A DNA stretch of 64,000 nt, taken from the NCBI GenBank assembly GCA_965235115.1, contig OZ249437.1, positions 46,004,001-46,068,000 on the forward strand. The letters run 5' to 3'. The notes below the pieces were generated by a model. It had not been told where the DNA came from. It ran no database searches and was given only the letters and a program-made list of their open reading frames with translations. Origin of the DNA: Laetmonice hystrix. Its lineage: Eukaryota. The position numbers and the translations under genes were made by a program. This document shows, one piece after another, positions 26,001 to 41,000 of this stretch (position 1 is its first letter; each line of letters begins with the position of its first letter).

Positions 26001-29000
26001 TTCACTTTCAATCATGTACAAAAACAGCTACATGGATAAATACCACAATGAACCTTATGAACCCTTTTCCTTATAATTCCCAAACCATTTTAAAAACTTA
26101 AAGAAATTGAAATTACAAAATATATTTGCGTACATACCTCCCGTAGTAACACTTCATAATAGGCTCGATCCGATGGAGAGGTGTCAATCATATACTGGAT
26201 GTGGAACCGGAACGCTCCAATCAGATGTACCAACACAAATCTATCTGGTGGTGCCACCTGGTGGCTGCCAATATCGTACTCCACTGTGAACCGCAATCGT
26301 CCATTGTAGGACAGGGTCTGGAAGGAGATGGTAGACCATAACGTGTAGCCAACAAACAAATACCATTCTGTGTCACTAGCATGTGGCCATAAACGTCATT
26401 TAACCGGGCCCCACACATCAAACACGTATACTTATGTGGAAACTATATATTCACAACACAAAATACACTCTGCATAATGTGGCTTACAGGGGTCAGACAT
26501 TATATTTGTAGCCCCAGAAGGTAAAAGAGCGTTACGTACATTCTGAAGACGGTAGAAAACTTTCTAAACGACTTCCTTACCCTGTCTCCGAGTGCTATTT
26601 TTGGTAAGGCCCAGTAGAGAGGAAATGGTCGGTAAATCTCTTCTACGTTTACACTAGTGACACCTGGTGGCAATATCATAATACCACGGGCGTCAGGTCT
26701 GAGGACGAGGGTCGAGTTCGTCTCCATAGTAAGGTGACGCACTGGAAAGTTTATCTAAAAACGAGGGGAACCTTTTCATTTCACAGTATCAAGTGAGAGA
26801 AAAATCAAAAATTGTTCGACAAATGGGTTCACAACCCTATACATCGTAGATCCTTCTGATCATAAATCCTCAAGGCGAACTTTAAAGGTTTCTTCTGAAA
26901 AATCTCATGCATTTATAAGTTTTATACAATTTCAAAACCTACAATGGAAGAAACATGTCTTCAAAACAAATAATTAACAAAAGTGACTAATTCCATCTAT
27001 GCTTTTACAACAAGGATAGAGGTTAGAACATCCTTTTTTCCATTAATTTATACATCATTATATAGGGCCTATAACCAAGATTCTATTAAGATATAGACGT
27101 CCTGAGCTTGCTGAACGTCTTGAAGAAGTAAGTACACGTATACGGTATTTGGACGTACCCGATTCCAGGTGTAGGCGGCCTGAACACAAGTGTTGGATCG
27201 TCCGAAACAGTAACAGGACGTACAGCCGCGAATGTTGAGAGCATCCAGGCTGAAACTGCCAGCCCGGCAGTACCGACACTTCTTATGACCGACATTATCC
27301 TGACAGAGGTGGAAACCAACATACCATTCCATCAAAGTCACTAAATACAATTGTAAAAAACAGGGACCAATTGGACTAACCCTAACCCTTCATGGAAGTT
27401 TATCACACACTGAACGGAGGTTAATTATGGATACACTTTCAAAAGTTTAATCTAAAGTTAATAGAGTTAATTAACACATCCTGCATCAACTGAGAGGAAA
27501 GCAGATCTAGATCAGCAGACAATAAAGGCCGTTTACCTTACAAGGACATTTACCATCTTCGTCACACTGACAATGACCTTTGACATCACACGCGTCAAAC
27601 TGTGTGCCAGCCACGTCACAATGACACGGTTTACACGTCGGGAAACCAAAGTGACCATAACGACACAAGTTACACGTGATTCCTGCGTATTCTTCCAAAC
27701 AACGACACTGACCCGTCATGACGTCACACTGCTCGTCCACAGCCCCCGTGCTGTTACACTCACACGGCTAGAGACAGAAAATAAACATTTGTTTGTTTGT
27801 TTGTTTATTTGTATACCATGTGCGTACATATATCATATCATAATATGTCATCTTGATAATATTCAGAGTGGTTTCAGACTGGTATATAACACGTACATGC
27901 AGGACATAAAACAAGAAATTGAATTTTCCCTATGTTTATAAACTGCCGTAAAAGGATGTTTGTATCAACATAGCACTAATATTGTTCTGAAAAAGCTTTA
28001 CGATGATTTAACGAAGCGTGCTAGAAAGTTTGCGACATTGAGTCTCGGTACCTTACAACCAAGGAACTCGTCATGTCCCCACGTATTCGCCACACATCTC
28101 TCACAGAGGGCGCCCTCAGTGTTCTCTGGGCACACACACTCTCCTGTCGTCCTGTCACAAACCTGGCCAGGGGCGGCACAGGCAGCGCACTCTGGCGAGA
28201 AGAGATAAATACTTGGGTGTCAAGAAACATGTACACCAGTTGAATGTATTTTATTTGTTGAACTTCTATCATTTCCGCCGGGGCGCTTAAAATTTATCTC
28301 AGGTCGAAATTAATGTGAACACTGTATTAGTATCCAGCACTGCCAGAAAATGCCACTTTTTCAGTTGAATATAATTATGGAGACACATATAACACAATCA
28401 TGTATACAACTTCATCTATAACAGCATATCGTTCTCAGTGGAATGAAGTCAATCATGTGGAATGAGAAGTGAATACACAAAGTTTACCTTGACAGCCTGT
28501 GTCTGAGAAACCATAGTAACCAAGCCGACACTCGTCACAACGCCGACCTCCCACGCCAAGTTTACACTGACACTGACCGCTTTTACTATTACATTGCTGG
28601 AACTCGGAGCCGACCAGATCACAGTCACATGCACGGCACCCTTCTCCAATATCTATACCCCAGTGATTGTCCTGAAACAAAGTCGTTAAATCCAAATATG
28701 AATATTATGAATCTGGTGTTTTAATTTTTCAGATTAATTAGAAATGTGATTCCAGAGTAATTAGTGTGACGGCAAAAATATTATTATATGTACTACTACA
28801 GATAAATGCCAGAAAAATAGAAGTAACATTTTAAGAAAAAAGGACACAGATTAGGATTTGAACAAAACAATAAAGAGAAGCAATGTTCTACCATACCTCA
28901 CACTTATCACAGAGACCTCCGATAACATGCGTCATACAGACACACTGTCCTGTCACTTGGTCACAGTCAGAGGACAACGAGCCAAGTTTATAACATCTGC

Positions 29001-32000
29001 ATTCTGTAAGCAAACCATCGGAAATATCAATGCTAATATCACGCAGGGCGTCCCCTTGCACACATTTCTCAATGAGTTATTCCCTCCGATTTCAGAATTT
29101 CAAATTAATATTTGTCACTGCTGAATTTTGGGGAAAGAAGTGGATGTTGCAAGGAACTAAGAAGAACGGAAAATAGGAGGAAATGAGAAACGAAGTTTAC
29201 AAACTAGCAGTAAAGAATAAAGACACTATAAATATTGCGAGGAAGGTAAGGATAGGAACAGAACTGACTGAATGACTTTGCTTCCAAAGATCTCACCCAT
29301 ACATCCTGTGCGTGTTAACTTGTAGAAACCTTTACGACACAAGTCACACCTCAGTCCCCCGACCCCCGGCTGGCAGGTACACTGTCCGCTGATGTCATCA
29401 CACCTGGTCGACACTGAACCGGTCTCACTACAGTTACAGGGCACACACCCTGCCGCCGTGTTTCCATAACCCTCCTTCAAACACAATCAGTTTTAATATG
29501 GTGTTAAACAGGAGCGTTTCCATAACCCTCCTTCAAACACAATCAGTTTTAATATGGTGTTAAACAGGAGCGTTTCCATAACCCTCCTTCAAACACAATC
29601 AGTTTTAATGTGGTGTTAAACAGGAGCGTTTCCATAACCCTCCTTCAAACACAATCAGTTTTATTATGGTGTTAAACAGGAGCGTTTCCATAACCCTCCT
29701 TAAACACAATGAGTTTGAATATGGTGTTAAACAGGAGCGTTTCCATAACCCTCCTTCAAATACAATCAGTTTTAATATGGTGTTAAACAGGAGCGTTTCC
29801 ATAACCCTCCTTCAAACACAATCAGTTTTAATGTGGTGTTAAACAGGAGCGTTTCCATAACCCTCCTTCAAACACAATCAGTTTTATTATGGTGTTAAAC
29901 AGGAGCGTTTCCATAACTCTCCTTCAAAGACAATCAGTTTTAATGTGGTGTTAAACAGGAGAGGTAATAATAGTCAACTTCTCCTGACAGTAGTGATGTA
30001 TTGTACTAGATGCTAAACAAATTGCACTTCTATTGCTCCCTCAATGTAGTCCTGTTTTTCAGTATCGGCGCTCTTTTGTCTACTTAACTATATCATACCT
30101 TTGCTATTAGTCAGTCGCTAAAGAAACAGTGTTTTTTTCCTTACACGTGCCAACGTAATCCCACCAATGACGGATAACAGAACAACTGTTGGTTTAACCT
30201 CCTTGTAACCTGATATGATATCAAGGTCTCAGAGAACAATTCTTTTTGCCACAAGGCCTTCACAGCTGTCTTCGGCCAATCACAGTCGGGAGAAGCAGCT
30301 GTCATTGAAACCATTGTTCTCCTGACATTGTGTACACATGTTAACCTTGGTTCTACACAGGAGAAGCTAGACCGGGACATGTCTAATCGACCAGCCTTTG
30401 GCAAATGATTGCTGGTACATGGCCTGACAACACCTTTCTTTAACACAAACCAAGCCCTATTTGGTTCTGATCATCTATTACATTTCAACGAATTAAAGGC
30501 CATTTATCCACTGACCACTGCTATCTTTGTGTGCCCCTATTACGACGGTCTTGACCATATCGTAACACTTTTTTTAATTAATTTTCTTTTTGGGGGGTGG
30601 GGGTGGGGGTGGGGGTGGGGGTGGGGTGGTAATTCAGCAACACGGAGACGATATACCTTGTTACAATTTTAACAACCAGAATAATGAGAAGTAACTTACC
30701 TGACATCTCCCACAGTCGTTGCCATGGTAACGTTCCCGACACGTGCACTGACCTGTCGTCCTGTCACACTGGTTGTCCACAGACCCATACACGTCACACT
30801 CACATGCTGCACACAGAATCAACAAACATTAAACGTTGGTTTTCAATTTGTTTTAAGTTTCGGAGATGAAAAAAACGGAATGCAGTGGTTCAGAATGAAA
30901 GGGTTTTAATGGTTTATATATACAGGTCCTTGGCGTGATTTGACAGAATGGGTGTGATAATTTTTAGCATACAACATTCCGGACGTGATGACAACCGACA
31001 GGAACAGCTGAGCTGTCGTCCCAGTGGCCGCGATCCACCACACGAGTTTTTATTAATACATCCCACACTGATGGATCCAGGCCACATATCAGGGCCTGGA
31101 TTATTATTAGCAGATCAAAAGTCTTTGCCCTCCCCCACAGTGACTCCCACTATGTGTATGTATGTAGGGAGCGTGACTAGATGTTGAATAGCTCACCCAG
31201 GAGTCATTTCCAAAGGGTGATAGCCTATGTCTCTGTAGCCGTTTCTCATATTCAAAATAGGTAGATCTAGTTTATAAGTTGATACAGGTAAACATGTTCT
31301 GTAAATGTACGCAAATATGGACGCCTCATTTACGGCAGCTTTCCCTTTTCGTCCCTCACCCCCCACCCCCCACAATATGAACGTGTTAATTTCTATCAAA
31401 TTTGTTCTCTTTCCAACAGAATTTTAATAATTTAAAAATGAAGTAATTTTACCCTAATTTTACCCTAAAGTAATTTATAAGTTTTAAATACACATCCGAC
31501 AACTTACACAAACAATCTCCATGACGTGCCGTTCCGTAGTATCCCGGAATGCACGTCTCACAGTGATAGCCCTCCGTGTTATGTCGACACTTGGAACACT
31601 CGCCCGTCATTCTATCACAGGTGGTGTTAGCGCCAGGGTCGGCGTTACCGTGACAGTCACACGGCTGGCAGTAGTTGCCAGGTACCAGGGGGTTGCCAAA
31701 ATAACCATCTGCACAACTAGAAATGGAATGAAAACACTGCACTTGTCAAACTGGTTTACTCATTAATGCAAATAATAACAATTCTCTTTGAAAATTATAC
31801 CTTTCACATGGGAAAACTTGTTTTACATCAACCTTTTACCCTCTACGATAATATGACTAAGATTAAACTTTTACATTGTGACCTTTAAAACAAATATACT
31901 CCTGACTGACACTGTGAGAGACTTTGGGGCCAAAATGAGGATAACAAGACCATCCAGTAAAAGGCAACCTAAGTTCAGCTTTATTTCCATCAACGGCTAA

Positions 32001-35000
32001 CTCTGATCCATTGTGTATCCCCAGGAAAGCTTGAGCCTTGCCCCGCCTGATGGCAGTTAATCACCTGTCGAGGGTTGGCGGTCACCCACTGGTCAGGGTA
32101 GTCAACTCAACATGACAGCTTTACTACCTCGCTAACATCACCTGCAGCCTCACACAGCGCTGACCCTTTGTGTGCGACCTTGACCCAACACTTGACCTCT
32201 GACATGACCTCCATCAGTCACCGTGCTGCCTTCTCTTGACAGCATCATTAAACAGTCAAAATGGGCCCAGCACCTAACTAAATAGCGTTTTAGACGTCTG
32301 GGTTGTTTACGGTGCTTTCAGGGTGTTACGCCTGTCAAGTTTTACTTCTGCATTTTAAAACACCCCCAACATGGTACAACCACAGGGTTCCACCCGGTCA
32401 ACACGAATAATGGCGGTTATCTTTGCTACAAGTGTCAGTTATAGGCGTCAGAGCGCAGTACGGTAAATTACACATACCTAAGTCACTTTACTACTCAAGT
32501 TATTTACACATCCTCCAGCGATAACTTTTATTTACGATAGGATGGGGTTTTAGATCAGTTGATGGCAACATCTCAATTAAAGGTAGATCCGTTTTCCACC
32601 TGACAGACAAACAAACCGTCCAGACCAGTAGCTCCAGACTTTTAATATGTTTGCAACCATTCTGCTTCAACCAACAACCACTTGGGCTACGATGGTAGAC
32701 CCTCAAAACGGACATACCTGGGAATAAAACATCTACATCAAAAATATACGAAATGTACGAAAAACAACTGACTCAATCACTTAAAAAAAGCATAAAAGAT
32801 GCTGAGTTAATGAAGGTCTCTTGCCTCCAGTTAGCAACCTTTCTCACCATCTGATGGATAACGACCGGTAGGCCTACTTTAAAGGAGATATATTTACTAT
32901 AGTCGTGGGCAACTGTGTTGGACTTTTTGCTACCGACAGGAAACCACTTAACAATGAGCCACAGGATTTTCCACCTTATCGAAGGTGACTGAGAGAAAAT
33001 TATCCATAAGTGCCGTAACTACGTACACCGCTCGATCCCACCGTTTTTGAAACAGTTAACTGTTCCCAATGCAGTTACCAGTAGGTCAGGTACAACAACA
33101 GGGAATTAGTTTAAGGAAATTTAAGGAAATATCGTACTCTTTCGACAACTTTTGTCAATATGGATTTTTTTTCTGTATTTCCAAGAGTGTTGCCTTTTCA
33201 GGGGTTACATTTGTTCTGTTGGGATTTGAGAGCCGAATATATCAGCGTGAACAACTCGGTACTTACTGCTCGCAGAAACTGCCTTCATGTCCCACTTTGC
33301 ACCCAATACAGACAAACTTGGAGTCGGAGACCTCCGGGTCGAGGATGCAACTTTGGGCAAAGTTATTGGTGTCAATCTCCAGCGGGCATGCGCAGTGCTT
33401 GCAATCGTTGGATGTACCTTGTGTGGCATCACCATGGAAACCAGGTGCACACTGCGCACAGTTGGGTCCATATGTATCGTCGGCACAGTTCTGTTAAACA
33501 AAAATAAATCTTCCTATTTGTTCAGGACGAGGTATGACACATAAATACTTTTTATGTCGTTTGTTGGGTTTGTTTTGTGTTTGGCACTATTCTCCCCACC
33601 GCCAGGGCTAATAACATGGAAAGAAACCAACTTCAGCCCAGTCTTGAACCCTATCAAACATTATTAGCCGTCGTTGGACGATGTGGGGGCGGGGCACCCC
33701 CTACTGGGAGACTGATATCTGACCTTTAACCTGTGTCCTTCAAAAGTTGAGAACGGTTTTCAGTGGCCAACTGTAGGTCTGTTTCTCATTAAGCGAGTGT
33801 GATGAGGGTGGCACTCGGCCGTGAAATGTTTCTCAGTCTCACACTACGGACGTCAATCTCAGAGATGAAAACATCTATTCTATCCTCATCTCGTTACCAC
33901 CAGGAGGCGGCAGTGTATGTTGACATGTTACAATCAGATCGTCACGGAATGGTCTGAGAGGATCTGTCCGTCACTGTCGGCTCGCTCACTCTGTGACGGC
34001 GTCCCCACCTGAACTTTCAAGCGCTCCCGCCAGGGGGAGTGGTACGTCTTGTGGGGATTACACGCCATGACAACTCCGTGGGGCGTGCACATGAGGGGTA
34101 AAAAGGGAGGAGGTCGAGGTGGGTAGGGGTGGATACTCCTGGGGAGGGGTTCCATACCCCTTTCTGTGAATCATTCAGTCCACTGTCAAAGTACCAGCCA
34201 GGAGACAGCCACATCAGTTGCCATGGACACCAAAGATGCAGGATTCATGGGCACACCGGTCCATCAATCAATCACTGCCTGGCCCCGCCCACCTAACTGG
34301 TTAAACCCTGGTCAATGAAGCTGTCTCCTCTCACCAGATGGCGACAGTAGGGGGCCTACACTACATGGTTAGCTCCCTGTGTGTTAGCAGCATCCATGAC
34401 CTTGTAGGATACTGTGCATGTGTGTGTCCTTGTGAGGGATATCATAGCCCCATCCCAGAGTCACACCACAATCAGCTGTTTCAGAATCAACCAAACGACA
34501 TTCCACACGCTACAGATAGCCACTAGTGTACAGCTAAAGTCATGGCGCTCTCAGAGCCAAGGATGATATTCTTCCAAGAAAAAGTGTGTTGGTTGAAATG
34601 AGACAAAGACGAATACAACATGTATAATAAACCGACATCGTGAAAGAAACTGAAGTTTTAACAATTAACCGGCATCGATACACTAGTTGTTATATATAGG
34701 AAGCGGCGGGTGAGTGAATTAAGAGATATCACCCACCAGGCAGTGGCCAGTGAAAGGGTCACATTGTTCAGCGTGTCCATGGCAGTTACAGGGCACACAC
34801 TCGCCGCCCTCGAGTCGGTCGTCCACACGACGGAATCCCTCGGCACATTGCTAGAACACAGAGGTAGAAATACATAGGACGGGCTTCTAAAAGAAATATA
34901 AAAGCAAACGTAAGAAACTGAAGATATTGAGCCCTTAGATGAAATGTTTAACCTGTATTTACCTGGGCCCGCCTGATCCCAAACCCCTAGCTACAGCTGG

Positions 35001-38000
35001 AAGGGGTTGGTCTCAGGTCAGGCCCCAGTCCCCAGACCTCAGCCCCCAGACCCCCAGCGTGGGAAGACTCCAGGAGGTAGGTTGGGACCACTCACCTCAC
35101 ACGATGTTCCTGCGTAACCCTCCGGGCAGTGGCAAAGTTCAACGGCAGCCATGACAGCTCCAGGACCCCCCTCCAGGGCCTCCTCCATGCTGGCTGTCTT
35201 CAACCTGGAGCAAAACAGGATACTCACCTTCACAACATGCATAACTTGTTTCCTGTGTAACTCTCTGGATATCACAACTTCGGTAAATTATACTGATCTA
35301 TATCAGGCTTAACAATTATATGGCCTACGGTATATCCTCTAAGTTTCAGGACTTCATCAATATATAAGTTTGTAAATTTTAGAAATGATACACATAAATT
35401 AAAAATTTGTGAACTTCCACATCATAAGAAGGTGCTGTGATTTCTGCGACTTTATTCTGTCCCGTTAAACATTACTATTTTCTCAAAATCACAAAATTGT
35501 ACGGTATTGAAAGGAACTTTGTGTGGTTTCCCAGTTTTGTGTCACCTGATTGAGGTTTGCATCAGATGATAAGTGGCCCTGAAGAGTAACCGATCTAGGC
35601 GGGTTAACACGGTGAGGAACTCTCCCCTAGCGACCAGAGCGCCCACATCACTGGAACTACCGTCCAGGTGGCGCCACCCGTGTTCCGTCATGTTGATTGT
35701 GATGACGGTGTCCATCGTCTCGCGGTAATATCCCCCGCTGTGGCCCATTCTCAGCCCGCTTCCCTAATAACACCAAGCTCAACTCTATTACTAAAGGCGG
35801 TGTTTGATAACTACGACGATCTACTGTGTAAATAACAGACACGATGGGGAATTGTACAATTAGTTTTCAAATCTTTGCACGTCTTGAAAACAGAATTTCT
35901 CCAACCAGAAACATACAGAAAAATTAGATAAATAGAAGCCATACTTTTTAACTACATTTCTGCGCTTATTCTATAAAACCAAAAACAACAACAAAACAAG
36001 GGGAAGGAGGCTTAATGTTGCAAATTTTCCAATGACAGCAGGCAATAAGCAAGCAGACTGAATGTGAATAATATTCTGGTTGGAATCGTGTGAACATAAA
36101 GTGACAATTTTACATGAGAGATCTGAAGCAGGGAACCAACCTCAATGACGACATCTGAATTGGCGAGGTAATTGTCCTGTCTCTCAATCTCTGTGATGTT
36201 CTCTTTGAGCACGTAATGGAATGTAAACGTCATCTGACCCCCATACGACAGCAACTGACACACATACAAATCATCGAATTAATCATAGTGTCACAATGTA
36301 TAATTCATTGTCCTATCGATGAAAAAAAGGTTCTTATACATAATTAACAGACCTCCGTCTCAGTAGTGATATCAGTATGATATGAAACGAATGCTGGTAA
36401 TGCGTTATAACAGGTCAGTATTATCTATTGTGTTTAGCGTTCCATTGCTACAATCTGTCCATTTACCTTATTCCCTGTGTACTGCCAGGGAGCGGACCAG
36501 TACCGAACGTGGTCCCGTGGTGAAATAACGCCGCCCTCCACCACTAGGTGGCCATCCTCCCTGGTCGGTGTGACCAGATTACGTCCTGCTAGATCGGTCA
36601 CTGTCCAATTACTCTGGGTATTGCTTATCTGAAGGAAAGGATTGTAAATACCTTATGGTTTCGATTTGTGTGAATCAAATTCTTTAAAAAAATCATCGTT
36701 GAAAGATTTCTATTTGTTCTCTAGTATAGGCCAGCATGAATTCTTTACACATTGATACCCGAAACATTTGAAATCCCAGGGCTGGCCACCCTTGCAAATC
36801 CTGGAGCAGAATTCCAACTGATTGGAGCAAAGTGTCTGGTCTTTGGGGTGTCTTTTTTTTTGGGGGGGGGGGAGCCCTTGTCGCAAATTTCATGGTCCTT
36901 GTCGCACATTTTTTGCGACAATGCGACAGATGGACAGCCCTGAATCCAAATCAATCCGATACAAGAAGCTCCTCACTAATTGTGAGTTATAGCGCCACAG
37001 CAGCGCCACCTGTAAAACGGACATGAGCTGGCCCTCTAAACAAGTCGCTTCCTCCCATTACCCTACCAGAGTTCTTACAAACTTGGCTACCCGAAGCAGT
37101 ACCCTCACTATAATGTTCTCGACAAGTGATCCTCACCAAGGAAACGATTCTCTTCGCATCAATCAGAAATTCACACTTCATTGTTTTCTATAAGAAAAGA
37201 ACCTATACATTTAGTTCCCAGTGAGGCCTTGTCCCTAACTTTAAACAGATGCGTCTGTCACCCAGACGGGTAGTTATTCAATAACAACAACAGTATTACA
37301 TCAAGTTCACTATAAGAACTCGTCCGAACAGCGTTCCAGTGACACAGAAACATCCTCTTCCTTGGTACTACTGAGATCTTGTTTATTTACGTGTTTTAAG
37401 AGGGGCATATGACCTTCCGGTTACGTAAGTATAGGGGCTTACTCCAGTAAAACTGTCATCACGGTAAGTGGTAACTGGTAAAGTTACGTAACTTTACACT
37501 CCCCGCGACAGGCCAGGGCCGACCTCATGTCACTCGTCTCCTTGAAATGTCGACTCTGCAGCTATTGCCGGGTGTACGATTTAAAATTAACCAGTCTACC
37601 AACACCTCAGTCAGGAAAGTCATTCCTTCTCCTTTCGCTCCGTAAATTCGTCTTATGGCCTAAAAGCGGGAAACTGGACCAATCTAATAATAGACCAAGG
37701 GCCCGTCTCATTAACAACAGTTCCACCTGGATCTCCCACTCTAACCTGACCACTCTGATGAGATCTGGCTGGAGACGAATATTTTGAGACTTCAGGTATT
37801 TGGGCGTAGTCCTCAAGAACTCCGTCGCCTTCTGTCCTTTCTCATGGGTGGGTTTGAAGAGGAATACCAAATCAAACAGTTCTGTTTGTAAACACTACGG
37901 ACCACAACGGTGAGCTCTGCTCGCACTATCAAACCCTTTAAGTCAGACCTGACCCCATTTGACCCAGTGATAACCTTTGACCTGCGGTGGGTGTACATTC

Positions 38001-41000
38001 CACACCAGGATTCAGAAGAATGTTTCAACAAGGGACTGCCAAGTGAGCTACATATCGAAATCTGAGCATCAGATCAAGTTACATGTGCTGCCTCTGGTGG
38101 CCACTGAATAACACTAACTAGGGGCGTGTGACAGGGACTTGGTCAGCTCCCAGGGCGGGGGGTGGGGGTGGGTGGCTGTACCCCTCTCCCCAGATCATGG
38201 AAGACAACTCCTCTTTTGTCAGTAAAACCCCGTAACGCTGAGTCAGAACCAAGGAATGAGACAGGTCCCTGATACACCCAGGAACAGACCACAACATGTT
38301 GGCCCGACTGTCCAGGGTATTATAGTAAGGAATTGCAAAGTTGAGGTGGCAAAGTTTATTGTCTGGGAAGACTCCGAGAATGTGGTGGAAGATCCAGACC
38401 CAAGTGTGGATCGCTCAAGTTGACAATTTCAATTCTTTCAGGGCTTAAATAAAATCCTGAACACCGTGGATCGTTCGTTAATGACCGGTAGTATAGCCAG
38501 GGTCTGCTAACTTTAACGGTTCATTACATGCGGTATAAATCACGCAATTAACTTCTATAACTGCATAACTTTCACGGCTATTTATATGCCTCCGAGTTTA
38601 AAAGGTCAACTCATCCGCTGCTCTGTAATTATAACATAGTCATATTTTGATTCCAATTTTATCAAACATCATTTTTACTACATTTCGTACTTTTCTCACC
38701 AGAGTGCGCCCCCAGGGCAGACTGTCGCAGACGTCGGCGACGCCGAAGCAGAAGCAGGGATCACAGCCGACTGGATTGTTGGTCTGTAGGTTGTAGAAGG
38801 ACGGTAGGCACTCGTCACAGAACGGTCCACATGTGTTATCCTGTAACGTCATTCACATACCACTCAGCTCAATGTCACTCCAATCAATAAACGGCATGCG
38901 AAACGTATATAAAGGCACCAGAATTCTGTGGTATTGTTTTTATCATTCAACTTGAAACATTATTTTACTGGTATTCGGACCTGCGTTTTCCCAAACGATC
39001 ACTGATTAAAGAGCTGAACAAAATCATCAAAGACTGGAGAAATACGGCACTCAAAGTGTTAAAAGTAAGAAAGAGACCTCGTTGATACCTGTAAGTACAT
39101 TGGTATTTTATGTGTTGAGCTCACAAGCATCCTGAATGGATTTGATATGGGTCATCTTGACATCATCTTGACCTGTAAATTGACCCTGTTACCGGTATAG
39201 TAGCGCGGGTGGGTGGCCGCCGATCTCAGGCGAGGGGCGGTGTGGGGGCCGGTGTGGGGCGGGGCGGGGTGGGGCGGGGCCGCTGATCTCAGGCGAGGGG
39301 CGGTGTGGGGGCCGGTGTGGGGCGGGGCGGTGTGGGGGTCGGGGTGGGGCGGGGCCGCCGATCTCAGGCGAGGGGCGGTGTGGGGGCCGGTGTGGGGCGG
39401 GGCGGTGTGGGGCGGGGCGGGGCGGTGTGGGGCGGGGCGGGGCGGGGCGGTGTGGGGGTCGGGGTGGGGCGGGGCCGCCGATCTCAGGCGGGGGGCGGGG
39501 TGGGGCGGGGCCGCCTCAGGCGAGGGGCGGTGTGGGGGCCGGTGTGGGGCGGGGCGGTGTGGGGCGGGGCCGCTGATCTTAGGCGAGGGGCGGTGTGGGG
39601 GTTGATCTTACCTTACAGATACAGTCTCCCTCGCAGGTGTCCACGTTGAGACTACCGGCCGGCGAGCAAGGACACTGTTCACAGGCCGGGTAGCCCCGCC
39701 AGCCGGGCGCGCACTCCGAACACTTGGGGCCTGTGAAACCTTCGTTACATGTACAGTCTCCAGCACACTGCATCCAAGAATATAAACATTTCTGTGAATT
39801 AAATCTCGACGTACCAAACCTAGATGTATGGATCTCAGTCCTTGATCAGCCTCCGCCCCAAGGCTTGTTTAAAAGTACATGCTTCGTGTTGCCGGAATGC
39901 AATTCTTTCCTGTGAATTTCTTATTATCATAAAATGTATAAACAAAAGCCCATTCTAGCTTAAACAAAAGACTTAGTCCATAATCGAATTTTCTTTTGAC
40001 GTTTACAATTTACGTGGTGGTGGTGGCCCTAACGTGGATTCTAAAATATCCGTTATCTGTGCTTGCAGATAAAACTGGCAAAAATATTACATTGCCCTGG
40101 ACAGACATGAAGAAATACGACGTTTGTTCCCAATACGTGTAGATCTCACATAAACACAACACACTGTACATATTTACAAACAGGTATAAGGACTTGCAGA
40201 CACACATAGGTAGAATTTAAGTAAGTCAGTTTGAGCTATCTAAGAGATAAAGAACTTTAGGTAAGTCTCCATTGCATCAGGCTGTAGAAACCGAAGGCTC
40301 TCTGAAAAGTCAGAGGTCACTGCGAAAGGTTGTGCTTGTGCAGAATGTGCACAATTTGAACGTGTTACATGGAGGAGAGACGAACAAAAACGATACAGCT
40401 GACCACGTCTTTCTACAACACTTGTGTAAATATACTGGCTACTGGGAGCATACATTACTACATGATGGTCTGAAAGGGACGTTTAGAGGGTAGAATGGAC
40501 GGAGATCATCAACATTCTCACTTCAATCTAATATAGACTGAAAAAATATCGCCATCATTACGGTCCTTACTAATTATACTCTTGGGAACACAAGGAAACA
40601 GTGTTGGCGTGGTGGGAATAAACACCACTAAAATTACAAGGATTTTCTCTATGCACGAAACACATGCACAAACAACCACAGCACACACGGTGGGAACACA
40701 GGGACGGTCGAGGGAAACATTGGGAAACGTATGCATCTATAACTTTGAGACATATGGTACTACATGTACGTCACTAACGTGGGGACATATTACGGGCACT
40801 GCGACGCTAACATTGGGACATAATATACTGCGACACTATAATAACAGAATACCATCACGGTAAATATGCTGTACAAACTCTCATCTGGCTCGCAAAGCAT
40901 TTGGTTAGCATGGTAACTTCGATAACCAAGAACGTTATCGATACATAGTCTGCATAAAGGGGAAGGGTTTTTTTTATTGCTATCAAGATAAAATAGCTGC

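Noticed and set aside
9717-29475. Five AAG acceptors (c19, c28, c32, c51, c58)
   Set aside because: About 8% of introns is only slightly above the usual frequency and not distinctive with n=62.
25521-36628. RGD integrin motif of the kind found in Drosophila Wing blister
   Set aside because: None seen in the assembled frame (only ARGEF, LGDR, HGD); TRGD at about 5070 is out of frame.
37527-38031. Cluster of 70-90 aa ORFs suggesting a nested gene or LINE ORF1
   Set aside because: No motif, splice consistency or homology recognisable by eye.
39213-39649. Gly/Arg-rich ORFs
   Set aside because: Translations of the GC-rich minisatellite.
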